A stretch of 64,000 nucleotides of DNA from the human T2T-CHM13v2.0 reference genome, Homo sapiens (GCF_009914755.1 NC_060935.1); one strand, 5' to 3'. Numbered from the stretch's first letter, positions 27,044 through 41,025 are shown. Translations and numbers: made by a program. Notes: generated by a model not told the origin, from the sequence alone.

Positions 27044-27449
27044 CATCTTGGATGCTGATACACCATGTTGACTTCTGATTAACCCCTGTTCTGGGAAGGC
27101 CTCTAAGATTTCCAGTTTCTCTATTGTTCCTTGTGTAAGAGTGCACACTTACTGTAAATCCTGCCCTTAGGCCAAAACAACCTTGATGTTGTAGTACTTC
27201 GATTGTCCTACACATCCCTTCTGAATCACAGATGCCCTTTCCCTATGGTATATAAGCCCTGGGTCTTCGGGGGATAATGGTGCAGGGATCCACCATCTTG
27301 TCTCACTGCCACCCAAGACACAACAATGACTTCTGTTTGTCAGACCCTATTACATTTTTCTCTCTAAGAAACTGATTTGGCCAGCTTCAGCCTCTCGGTT
27401 TCCTCGGACACTGGGGACAGGTTTGCATATGCTTGCCCACCATGGAACA
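27044..27449 (+). mobile_element. ERV1 LTR lacking its 5' part (MER34/MER39-like)
   Basis: ccatgttgacttctgatta, TATA-like tatataagccctgggtc, ends ...cccaccatggaaCA. Confidence 0.75.
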
Positions 27450-27677
27450 CCATCCTATGGGGTCCTTGAAGCCTGGTGTGCACGGTTAGGAGCCCAGTGT
27501 AAAGGCTGGGCACACAGATGAGTTGAATACAGTTGCAATCTGTGGGCATACTCCCATAGAATGCACAGATACCTCTGTAAGATGCAGAACCCCTGCCTTA
27601 TGTGGGCAAATAAAATAACACAATAGCCACTTACTGAGCATCTATAATACATGAAACCTATTTATATAATGTAACCG

Positions 27678-27985
27678 CCAACAGGACTCAGTGACTTACA
27701 CTTGTAATCCCAGCACTTTGGGAGGCTGAGTTGGGGGAATCACTTGAGGCCAAGAGTTTGAGATGACCTTGGGCAACACAGCAAGATCCTGTCTCCACAA
27801 AAAATAAAAAAATTAGCTGGGCATGGTGGCTTGTGCCTGTAGTCCCAGCTACTCAGGAGGCTGAGATGGGAGGATCGGCTTGAGACCAGGAGGTGGAGGC
27901 TGCAGTGAGCTACGAACGTGCCATTGTACTCCAGGCTGGGCCACAGAGTGAGACCCTGTCTCAAAAATAAATAAGTAAAATATAA
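27678..27985 (+). mobile_element. Alu (AluJ-like) inserted in a MIR
   Basis: Diverged dimer; MIR resumes attatccccattttac...gaaactgaggc. Confidence 0.9.
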
Positions 27986-30239
27986 TTTAATTCCCTCTTG
28001 GAGTATTATCCCCATTTTACCCAGGTGGGGAAACTGAGGCCCAGGGAGGTTAAAAACTTGCTCAAGATCACAGAGATCATGAGCTGTGGCTGGAGTTTAA
28101 GCCCCACCATCCACCCCGGAAGTGGATGTTCTTGTCCTGCCTGTTGCCACCCACCTCTTGGTTCAGGCCCATGTTACCCAAGCCTTCCTCTGTGCCCGGC
28201 CCAGTGTTGGGGCTGGGGTACAGGATAAACCTTCAGGGATCTGCCAGGGCAGGTTTGCTTCCTACATAGTCAATGCTAAGATGAGATAGCCGTTCTCAGA
28301 GCAGAAACTGGAAGAATCTGAGCTGGGGTCAGAGGGCCAGAGGTGGCCTTTGCACAGAGCCTTAACAGGTAAAGAGCGATGAGCCTCAAGACCATCTGCT
28401 TTGAATCCCCATTTTACAGACAAGACCACAGAGGGGTGCAGGAAGCAGGGGCACAGCTGGGCCTGTAACCCAGGCCCTCACACCCAGCCGGGCATTCAGG
28501 CCCTGCTCTCTGCCCACGGCCTCCTGCGAGTCCTTGCTGACTGTTCAGAGGGCAGCCAGGTGGTAGGAAGGTGGGAGCAGGGAAAGAATGGACCAAGAGT
28601 GGAGGTAGCCTCCAGAGGACACAGAACGCTCCTGTCACAGAGGGCCTGCCTGGGCAGAGGGAGTGGCAGACACAGGCTCCACCCACACTGGACTCACAGT
28701 ATTTGCTGAAGGAAAACATGAACAAATGAATGAGTGGGGTCCCAGAGGGCAAAGTGAGGATCAACAGAAAGGAGGCTCAGGAAGCCAGATGTTTGAACCA
28801 GCGTCTGGAAGCATCTTCTCCCAGGCAGATGGGCCCCACATGAGGTTACTCTGGGAGGAGGGAGCACACGCCCCATCAAGGCAGGGGTGGAAAAATCACT
28901 TCCTGGAGGGCTATTGGTCAGGACTGCTGCAGCCAGGATTCCCTCCTGAGGAGCTGGTGTCTCTGGTCTGAGCTTCTTCCCACAAAGCCGCCTGGCCCAG
29001 AGCTGACTTGCATTAGGAGAAGGGACGTGCTTGCAGGCCAGTGATCTAGCCAGCTGACAGGTACCCCTCTGCTGGGCCAGGGGGGCCAGCCTCTGACCTC
29101 CACACCAGACACCAGCTCCCAGTGCCCGCTGGCCCCATGGGCCAAGGCCAGCCTGCCACCAGCTCATGGCGTGGCTGCGTGGAAGGTGGATCCCCTTGGT
29201 GCCTTCGCCTGCCCTGTCTGCAATCAAGACTGTTTTGATGCAAAAATCATTCCTATTTCCCCCCATGTTGCAGCCTAAAAACATGTTTACTTTATTCCTT
29301 TCATATAAAGGGTGGAGGTGGGATATAAATTGTATCCTCAGTCACGGATACAATTTCTTGGGTACAAAAGCCTCCCCCTGTAGTCGGGATGGGGGTGGTC
29401 CCCAGAACAGCCTGTCCTGGGTCATTTCTTTCTCCTCCTCTTTCTCGTCCCCAGGGCTACCTTGTTCTTCCAGTCTCTTCACCTCTCTGAGTCTTGGTTC
29501 GTGTCCTGTAGAATAAGAATATAGCGTGATTTTACAAAATCAAAACAAACCAAAAAATGTTATTTAGAAAGGAATGATCGTCTGCACCCAACTCAGGGGC
29601 TATGAGGACTGGCAGGACGCCTGGCAGGTGCCTGTTCCCTGGCTGGCTTTCAGGCCCCCAGTCTCGACCCCCACCCCACGGCAGGCCTGAGCGTGGGAGC
29701 TGCCCCACAAAGCACTGTGTCCAGCTCCTGCTCCTCTCATTTTGTGCCTGGGAGAAAATGGAAACTCTGAGGGCTTCAAACTCAATGTGTTTTATGGGCC
29801 CTGTGAACCCAGCAGCCCCGTAAAGTTGCTCTAGATGGTTTCCAGGTCCTGAGACCTCCTGGGATCCCCTGACCCAGGGAACCCTGAGCTCACTGGAGAG
29901 CACTGGGCCTCAAAACCAAAGGACAAGCTGCCAGACCCATGGGACTGGGCCGCCGAGATAACTCCCTCTGCCTACCTTGCTGCCCTTGCAGCCTGAGAGA
30001 GGCAGGGAATGGCTCTCACCATGGATGGGGCCATCAGAGGACCCAGAGAGGGATTCTACCTGCAGTGATTCTCAGCAGCTTCTGGCTTTCCAAAGAAATA
30101 ATGTATCAACCCAGCCAGGGCCCGGGCGCTGAATGGGCTGAAGGAGTGGCCGTGCTGCCCACCCACATGGCTCTCACAGAGGTGTGGCGGGGGCCGCTGG
30201 AGAACGGCAGCCTCCCTCTGCTTCCCTTCCCAGGAGGGC

Positions 30240-30400
30240 CATGGTTATAGACACAGGTTCGGAGTCAGCCCCAGCTTGAATCCTGCTTCTGCCACCAGCC
30301 CTGTGACCTGAAGCAAGTGAGTCCCAATCACCTCATCTGTGCACTGAGATGCAGAGTGGCTATTTCTACTGCATGTGGCTGTTGTGGGGACTGGGCGAGA
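30240..30400 (+). mobile_element. MIR
   Basis: ttgaatcctgcttctgccacc...ctgtgacct...cctcatctgt. Confidence 0.6.
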
Positions 30401-30541
30401 GAGATCCCCAACAGGTGCTATGATTTTTCTCCCTGCTTTGCCCTCCAGGTAAGATGGTACCAACCATGGACCCAACAGATGGGCACATCCTGTTGTTGCC
30501 ATGTCCCAGTTCTCTCTGGGGCTTTGCCCAACCCAGCTACA

Positions 30542-30854
<313 letters not shown>

Positions 30855-31059
30855 CTACATTCTTTCTTGTTCCTTGATTGTCAAGGAACTTCCAACGGAA
30901 ACATCTACTTTCTTGTTCTCTAGCCATACCCGGAAGCCCCCGAGTTTTGATCTGGCCCAGGTAGACCGATCATTTCCTCCAAGTCCCCCTTCCCTGAGGA
31001 GCTGGCGTGCTTCAGTCTCACAGGTAATACCACTACTACTAATGTCCATAATAATGATA

Positions 31060-31300
31060 GGAATAGCTGGCATTTACGGAGGGCGAGCCCCTCATGTATT
31101 GCACGTTACACACAATTGAGTTACAGAAACAAACCCAATTCATCTTCACCACTATCTGTGACATAGGTGCCAACATTATCCCATGTTACAGATGAGGATG
31201 CTGAGGCACAGAGACAAGTAACTTGCCCAAAGTCACATAATTAAGGAGTAGCAGAGCTGGAATTCAAACTTGTGAAGTCTGGTTGTAGAGCCCCCACAAT
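31060..31300 (-). mobile_element. MIR
   Basis: attatcccatgttacagatgagg...aagtaacttgcccaaagtcaca. Confidence 0.75.
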
Positions 31301-31302
31301 GA

Positions 31303-31775
<473 letters not shown>

Positions 31776-31999
31776 TACACGCCCACTATCATTGCCATTT
31801 TCAGATGAGGTGGGTGAGCCTGAGAGGCGGAGGAGAGGTGAGTAGCCTAGGAGCTCACAGAACTGAAGGAAGGGACCCCAGGGCCCTGCCTGCTGAGGTC
31901 CAGAGATTTCCCTGGCGGTATGATGCCCCCATGGCCTGGGCATTCTGGAGCCGACCCTGTCACCTACAATGTTATTCTCACCGTAAAGGCATCAAGGTG

Positions 32000-32125
32000 A
32001 GGGTGGTGCTTCCCAGGACATGCTCCCTGGACCACCTACCTGTGCCAGAGTCTCCCAGACACTTGTGAAAATGCAGATTCCTTGGTTCCATTCCTGAGCT
32101 CCTGAATTAGAACCTCCAGGGGTTG
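32000..32125. mobile_element. MER5-like fragment
   Basis: cttgtgaaaatgcagattcct...ctgaattagaacctc. Confidence 0.6.
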
Positions 32126-32361
32126 AGAAGAAGCATTAGGCTAGAAGGATTTCTGCTCGGACGTTGGAATCCATTCAGATACAGAGTCAAGGATCCCTGG
32201 GCAAGTCATTGAATTTCTCTCAACCTTCATTTTTTTTCATCTATAACTTGGAAATGATAAAACCAGTGGCTGTGAGATTCAATGAAATAGTGTGTGTGTG
32301 ACTGGTGTATGGAAGAGGCCGAATCAGTGGCATGCAAGTAAAAAACTTTTTCGCTACCATC

Positions 32362-32662
<301 letters not shown>

Positions 32663-32726
32663 TCACTACCATCTTTCAAACCTGCCCTGTTGGATCTCCC
32701 TCCCCACCCCTTGAAAAGGACCTAGG

Positions 32727-33183
<457 letters not shown>

Positions 33184-35229
33184 CTACTGCTGGGTGGGGA
33201 GGGGCTCAGTTGGTTCCTCTCTTACCTCCTTCCACTCCTCTAGGCTGCCCTCTGCCCACAGTCAGGCCTAGAATGGGGAGTGGAGGGCAGTGTGGAACAC
33301 CAGTAGGGTCTTACCAGAACTGCTGAATCCAGGATAGGGGAGTCCTCTCAGGGTGGCAATGTGCAAACGCCAGCCTTCTCTCTTTGGGGTGTCCTGTGTC
33401 CTGTGGGCTCTTCAGTGACCCCTTTTTGCTAAGAACCTCCAACCCACAATTCATCGGCCTGGGCACGCCTCCTCTTCCTGCTGATGACTTAACCAACCCC
33501 ACCCTCAAGCCCACCTGATGTCTTCAGTCTTCCCTTCAGCCCCACACAGAGGCTTTCTGTTGGGATTCCCTGATCCTGGCAAGCAGCAGACTCCTCGGAC
33601 TGGTCCTTGCTGCATGGTTTGAGCCCCACTCCATTCCAGAGTGTCTACTTTGACCGACAGGAAACTTGGCTTTTGCCTGCCAAACTCTGGCAGAGAGGGT
33701 TTGCCCCTGCAGCCCCCTCTTCTCTCCCTCCAGCTTCCAGCCTCCAGATGGTGTTTCAAGTGCAAATCAGACATCTGTCCCTCTGCCCCTCAAATCCAGG
33801 ACTTGCCAGGAAGGGGACAGTCCTTGCACACCAGACCTCTCCTTCCAGTCTCTGCCTCCTTTCATGCTTGGGCTAAAGGTGGTTGCCAGTAATAGAACTG
33901 GTTTGGGACCATCCCTTTCTTCTGTCCTACACAGAGACCTTAAAATGTGTGGTGTTGAGCATCCGTGGTGTGCACTTTGGGGCCTCAGCACCTAACACAA
34001 AGAAGGAGTCCATAAAGAATCCCAGACCCTTCTCTTCCTAAAACAAGGGGAGATGGGGACTCAAGGGAGGAAACAGAAGAGCAGAAACCGGGGCTACGCA
34101 AAGCATCAGGCGGAGCGGGGCACCTCCACAGGCTCCCGGAGACGGACATAAAACCAGGGATTGGGAGAGATCCGTTTTTAATTAAAAAGCCATCAAGGCC
34201 CAGGTATAAAGTATCATGACACTAACGGCTCAGGAAATCTGGAACCTTAAATCACAGCAATTTCTCCCCGGAGGGCAGGCCTGGGACCCCCAGGATTAGA
34301 TAGAGGGCTTGGCGTGTGCCAAGGCAGGAAATGCTGAAGGCGAGTGCAGACTCCTCCCTGCTAAGACATTCAGATACACAGCAGCATGAGAGCTCAGAGG
34401 CTTCAGAATCCAGCTGGGTGCCATCATTTCACAAATGGGGAAACTGAGGCCCAGAGTCACACAGAGAGCAGGGGCAAAGCCAGAAGAGGAGCCTGAGCTG
34501 GAGGCCTGTCCCTGTGCCAGCCTTGAAATCGCACCCCAGGATGGAGGGCTTTCCACACTCCCCTGCCAGGGTTCTCCAGCAGGCCCTGGGGGAGGAGAAC
34601 TCTGCCAGGGTCACTGAGCCCAGAGTGTTGAGTTTCTGCAGAGCTGTTGAGTGCTGGTGCTGGATGGGGCTAACCTAGAGATCTTGTAAACAGGGTGAGC
34701 CAGCTGTCCCCACAAGTAGAGGCCACCGGCACTCATTATCTAATGTGGTCCTCCCCATCTGCCTGCACCGCCTTCCAATAGGGACTCCCTGGGTAGAGGC
34801 ACCTTGCCAGCCTCCCTCTACTCCAGCCTCACTTTCACCATCTCTATGCAGAGGAGGTTGAACTGGACCCTCTGTAGAGGCCCTCCCAGTGCTGACAACC
34901 TGAGATTCCAGAGTCTATCAGTCTGCTGTTCCATCCCCCAAAGAGTGGTGTTGTGAAGGCAGAAGGCAATCAGCAGGGTGAGGGGAATGATGAATGGAAA
35001 GACAGGAAGTATTTTGAGCTCCCAAGGAAAAACTGTAACACCACCCCCAGCCTTGAAGATTGCTCTGTGCCCTCTAATTCTCCAGATTTCCCTCCTCAGG
35101 GCCGGCATGAGCCAAAAATCAGACACTTCATTCATTTATCCCACAAGGATTTATTGCTTCCCTGGAATGTTCTGTGCTTCTTCTACAAATCTTAAAATAT
35201 CTGAGAGCATCTAGCCAAAGTGGACGGGT

Positions 35230-35540
35230 CTCCCTGCTGCAGCCGAGTGAGACAGGCTGCCAAATAACTACTGACCTCTTTGGCCACCTCAATAGAGATA
35301 TTGTACCCAAATCCAGGGAGGTGATTTTCTCAATCTGCTCCACACTGACTAGATTCCTAGAGAGTTGTGGTGACCAGTGTGGAAGCATAACTTTGAGTGG
35401 AGCTAGACGAGGTGACCAGGGAGGTGGGAGTTCTGGAACCAGAACATGTGGGGAATGTTGAGGTTGCTGGGCCAGGTCAGCCCAGGAGAGGGGTAATCTC
35501 AGGGGACAGGGATGCTAGTTCCAAACCTCTCTAGAAGACC
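35230..35540 (+). mobile_element. L3/CR1 LINE fragment
   Basis: caatagagatattgtacccaaatccagggaggtgat...gaggtgaccagg...ctggaacc...ctcaggggaca, resembles the CR1 3' RT region. Confidence 0.7.
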
Positions 35541-35691
35541 TCAGAGACGGCTGGTTCAAGCTCTCCCCGCATAGTCTCCCTGGTTGATAAACCCTTATCC
35601 AGCTCACGTTCTTCCTGTGGCAGGGAGCTTCCTTCCACCTGGCAGTTGCTTCCACAGTAAGAAGATGTGGGCTGGTAGAAAGTTCCACTTA

Positions 35692-36015
<324 letters not shown>

Positions 36016-36413
36016 TTACATCTGTGTTGATCTTTGCCAGATACCAAGCTGGGTGCTTTATCAAACCTTTTACATTTAATTTTCACTGCCCTGAGAAGTA
36101 AAACTTATACTCCATTTTCTACAAATTCTGAGGCTCAGACAAGTCAAATAATTCACTCAAAGTCCCACAGCTAATAAGACCAGAACTGGGGCTCAATCTT
36201 GTATCTCTCTGGTTCCAAAGCCATTTACATCAGAGTGTTCACTTCTTTCCTGCTTCAACCACATGGAACTTCTTGTCCTTTTCCAAACTCATGATATCCA
36301 TTCATGAGTCACTGCCTTTGCCTATGAGCTCCTTTTGCCTGGAGTGTCCTCCCTCCATGTCCAGGAGAGAAAAACTTCTATTCTGAGGGTTATGACTTTC
36401 TTCACTACTGTTT

Positions 36414-36670
36414 CACACACACACACACACACACACACCCCTAGCCAAAGTGGGTGGGTCTCCCTGCTGCAACTGAGTGAAAGACAGGCTGCTAAACAAC
36501 TACTGATCTCTTTGGCCACATCAATAGAGATATTGTACCCAAATCCACGGAGGTGATTTTCTCAATCTACTCCATATTGACTAGATTCCTAGAGAGTGGT
36601 GGTGACCAGTGTGGGAGCATAACTTTGAAGTGGAGCCAGAGAAGGTGACCAGGCTCCACTCAAAGTTATG

Positions 36671-36706
<36 letters not shown>
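36414..36706 (+). repeat. (CA)n microsatellite split by a duplicate of 35211-35420 (36441-36653) plus a 21-bp fold-back
   Basis: Direct alignment by eye; CA tracts at 36414-36438 and 36673-36706. Confidence 0.93.
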
Positions 36707-36707
<1 letters not shown>

Positions 36708-38159
36708 ATCTGTGCCTATTATGTTTTCTGACACATAGCAGACACTGTCTAATCAATACATGAATGCATCAAAAATTCCAGTCCTCAACTCAACTCTCAC
36801 CCACTCAGGGAAGTCTCCCCTGCCTCCTGCCTACAGGGGCTGCTGCAGGCCCCCTCCCTGCTCCCACCGTCTCCACCACCACCCGCATCCCTACCCCATA
36901 CACACCCCCCAGCTGACCACTGGCGTCTCTCCTGACATGGCCTTGGCACGGAGGAGGAACCCAGAAAGGAACGTGGAGTGCACTGTAATGTTAGACCCCT
37001 AATAAAACTGAAAGATGACTATATCTAATCCTCTATTGTTACGAAAGAGGAAACTGAGGCCTGGAGAAGGCAGAGTTGGGAGGACAGGAATCCAAGCTCC
37101 AAATCCCCATCCTATTAAATGTCCTTACCAAAGAAAGAAAAAGGCCAATCAGATGAAGAGGAGGCCTGTGGGGGCTTAAGGGTCTGAGCTGGCGCTAAGT
37201 CCCACCTCGGGTCAGCCATCCCCGTAGTGGAGCTTGTAAGACCTGCCTCTGGGGCCCTGGAGGGGTGAGCTGGGGGTCAGCAGGAGTTACTCAGGCTCCT
37301 GCCTCCCCACAGAGGCCTTTTATTTTCCAAGCCAAGTGCCTCCTCCTTGCACTGGCTGGAGGAAAGGCCTCGGTGGGTGCTGAGTGGAAGGCTGAGGTTC
37401 AAAGGCTGCCTGTAGCAGGCGCCGGCCCTTAGCTTCCACCATAAATTTACAACCCCCAAATGGCCCTGCATCCTTCAGGGAGGAGGAGAGGTGGCGAAGG
37501 CAGGTTTTTCCATGGCTGGCCCCACTGCTCTACAGAGTCAATGACTTGTTGGAAAGTCTGAGTGAGACAAAGTGGTCCATCCATGCTGAGGGAAGTGGTG
37601 GGCCTGACCTGGGTGTAAAGGGTCTGCCCGAGGGGCCTCACTTGGGGGCATCTCCGGACAGGCTTATAGCCTGCCCCCATCTAATCAGGCCATTTCCTGC
37701 TTAGCACAAGCTCCCACACCCCATAGGATGAAGTTCAAGCCCTGGATCAAGAATCAAAAACCAGGGGTGGGTGGGGTGGAGGAGAGAGGTTAACTCCTTA
37801 CCTCCAACCCCTGGGGGGCCTCTCTGGGCCCAGAGCCATGTGAGCCTGGCAGAAGCTGCCAATCCTACAGATGGCAGCCAGGATCCCAAAGTGGAGTGTC
37901 TGGGCAGCAGCGGAAGTGGGCAGCACAGTCAGATTGATGGATGGTTGCAGGTTGGGGCCCAGCCCCGCTGCCGTGCTCAGCCTGGGACCACCCCTGACAC
38001 CCTCCTCTGTCTTCCTCACCTTCATGGCCCTCAGAAGCCAGTATCCACACTGGCCTCTGCTTGGTAGGGCAAGACTTCCGCACCAGAAACTGCAGAATCC
38101 CTGAGCATCAGATGCAGGAGGGGCCCGGGGTCCCTGACACCATGTCTTGCCTTTTGCAG

Positions 38160-38260
38160 AATGGGCAACTGAGGTTGAGAGAAAGGAAATAACTTGTCCC
38201 AGGCCAGCAGCTGAGTCACGACCAAGGCACTTCGTTCTTCATCTAGTGCGGCCTGTGCAG
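38160..38260 (+). other. Candidate 101-nt non-coding exon (partly MIR-derived)
   Basis: Branch-like ccctgac at 38132, tgtcttgccttttgcAG acceptor, CAG|GTGAGT donor. Confidence 0.3.
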
Positions 38261-39619
38261 GTGAGTGATGACCCAGCCCAGGCTAGGGACTGGGACAGAG
38301 TCACAGCAGGAGAGCTGCCGGCAACTCTCAAATTATCTCACCTCCCCTGATGCCACCTTCATGCCAGGCCTGGCCTGGCCCTGGGGCCTGGTGCTGATGG
38401 TATCTGCCTCTGCCCTCCTAGTCATTTCCTGGCAAGACAGACCACCACATTCTGAGTGCTAAGTGCAGGGGTGGGGAGAGGATCGAGTGCTGTCTAGGGA
38501 AAGTGAGGAAGAGGAGGTCCTAAGCAGGGGAACAGCACGGGCAAAGGCCGTGCCCAGCTGGGGAGCTGCAGGTGGATTCGGTCTCTCTAGAATATAGGGT
38601 GGGAGTCAGGTGGAAGGAAGATAACCAGGAGATGAAGCACGAGAGCCAGGTGAGTGAGGCTTTGTGAGCCGCATTAAGCAGGTGGGCTTTATCCTGAGCC
38701 TGGGAAGGGTTCGAGGACGTCCTCACAGCCAGCTGCAGCAGAGTCACCTGTGGCCCAGGTGCCCAGCTCTCCCCTGCACCTGCCCACTCAGCAGAAAGAC
38801 CCATGGGTCCCCTTACTGGGGAAAGTGAGGCACTGAGGTCTGGCCATGAGCCAAGGCCACCCCAAATGACCTTGTCAAGTTTCCTCCCTGGAACCTTGGG
38901 AAACTTGTTCTTAGCCAGGCCTGCCAGACCTCACCTCGAACCAGGAATCAGCTTCCTCAAGTCTTTATTTAATTAAGGTAATTTTCTCCCAACCTGCACA
39001 TCAGACTGAAAACAAAACAACAGCCTAGGCCTTTCCCTCCGCTGCTGGGGACTGGCTTTCCCACCAGGAGGGCGCAGCCTCCACATTAACCTCCCCAAGG
39101 CCTGGGCCTGGCCCAGGGTAGGTGGGTCAGGCCGGCCCCCCCATGGCCAAGGAGGGGGCTGGAGCATAGTGTCCATATAAATTAATTTAATTGGGCCCTA
39201 TTATCACTTTGCTCCAAGCCTGCAAGCCTAATCTAGCGTTGAAGTAATTCATTGGGTGTGAAGTGTCCTGGAGCCAAGACTTCCCTCTGCTCACGGAACA
39301 AACCTCTCCACGCTTGGCCCAGGCCCTGGGCCACTGCAGCCTAGCTCAGCAGAGGGGCTGTGTGGGGAGCAGGGCGGGCGGGGGAGGCATTAAAATAGCT
39401 CTTTGCCTTGGCTACATCCCCTGACTTTCCCAGAAGGAGGCTCTAGCCCACACCCCACCTCCCAACACACACACAGCCACATGTCAGGGTGACGGTCGGA
39501 CCCTCACGGACCTAGAAGATGGCTGAAGAGGTCCAATGAGACCTGGGTGAACCCCCAAATACTCCAAAATTTTGGACAAGTATTTTTTCGCCTTTCTCTG
39601 CCTCAATTTCCCTTCTTGC

Positions 39620-39810
39620 AAAATTTTCTGGCTTCTCCCTTTAGTAGCTATGTGACCTTATGCAAGTTATAAGACTCAGTTTCCTCATCTGTGAAACACA
39701 GAATCCAATAATGACCATCTTATAATGCTACTGGAAGGGCTGAATACATTAATATGCATAAGGTGATCTGAACTATGCCTGGCATACAGTAAGCACTGCA
39801 TAAATGTTTG
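39620..39810 (+). mobile_element. MIR
   Basis: tagctatgtgaccttatgcaagtta...ctcagtttcctcatctgtgaaa...tgcctggcatacagtaagcact. Confidence 0.8.
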
Positions 39811-40497
39811 CTCATTCCTATTGTGAGATGTGGGTGGGATGGGAGCAGAGAGCCCTCTGTGCAACTGTGATTGCTGAGGCCAAGGTACACATTGTCATTA
39901 TAATTTCAGAGAAGTAGGAGGGTGTGGGACGGTGTGGTTCCCACGGAAGTTCTCTCCCAGGATTAGGGCCCCTGAGAGCTGAGAGAATGCAAGTTGCCCA
40001 GCACAGTGTTGTTATGATTAGATTTGCATAACTTATGGTGCAATTATTTGTACCCTGATGCCAAGCTCATTAAGCAGTCAGGCACCATGAACCCACTGGT
40101 TGAGGCCCAATCTGAAGGGGAGACGTGGCTTGGGGGCTCTAGGGGGCCCTGCTCTGGGGGCAGAAGAGGACACTCATGCTTGAATGCAAGTGTGCATACC
40201 ACATACCCACAGGGGGCCCAGGCACTGCCCGGGTCTCATCAGGAACAGGTAAGGGCCATAGGCCCTAAAACGATTAGGGAGGCTGAGGATTTACTGGTCT
40301 GCCTGCCCATTCCTTTACCCCTCCTGAAATACCAGCTGACTTTTGCAGGGCTTTTGTGCTCCAGAGCCTGGGCCTGTGTTAACCCCTGCCATCTGAGCCA
40401 TGCAGCATCATGAAAGACAGCATCGATTAGCACTACTCCTAGTATTAACACCCATTTAATGGCTTTAGCACCCAGGCCAGTCTCCGGGGAGGTTAAT

Positions 40498-41025
40498 GGG
40501 CAACACAGTGAGACCCCCATCTCTACAAAAACTTTTTAAAAATTAGGCACGAGGCTGGGTGCAGTGGCTCATGCCTGTAATCCCAGCACTTTGGGAGGCT
40601 GAGGCGGGCAGATCACAAGGTCAGGAGATGGAGACCATCCTGGCTAACACGGTGAAACTCTGTCTCTACTAAAAATACAAAAAATTAGCCGGGCATGGTG
40701 GCATGTGCCTATAGTCCCAGCTACTCAGGAAGCTGAGGCAGGAGAATCGCTTGAACTCAGGAGGCGGAGCTTGCAGTGAGCCAAGATCGTGCCACTGCAC
40801 TCCAGTCTGGGCAAGACTCCGTCTAAAAAAAAAAAAAAAATTAGGCAAAATGCTGCATGCCTGTAGTCCCAGCTACTCAGGAGGCTGAGGCAAGAGGATC
40901 ACTTGAGCCCAGGAGTTTGAGGCTGCAGTGAGCCATGATCATGTCACTGCATTCCAGCCTGGGTGACAGAGCGAGACCCTTTCTTTTAAAAATGAACAAA
41001 TAAAAAATAAATATAAATATAAAAT
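40498..41025 (+). mobile_element. 5'-truncated AluJ hosting a younger Alu
   Basis: Flanks attaacacccatttaatgg / attaatccccatttaatgg. Confidence 0.88.
40553..40840 (+). mobile_element. Alu (AluSc8/AluY-like)
   Basis: gagaccatcctggctaacacgg, ggagcttgcag; TSD aaaattaggca. Confidence 0.95.

Noticed and set aside
39060-39078. ccaccaggagggcgc as a CTCF site
   Set aside because: An extra base breaks the core spacing.
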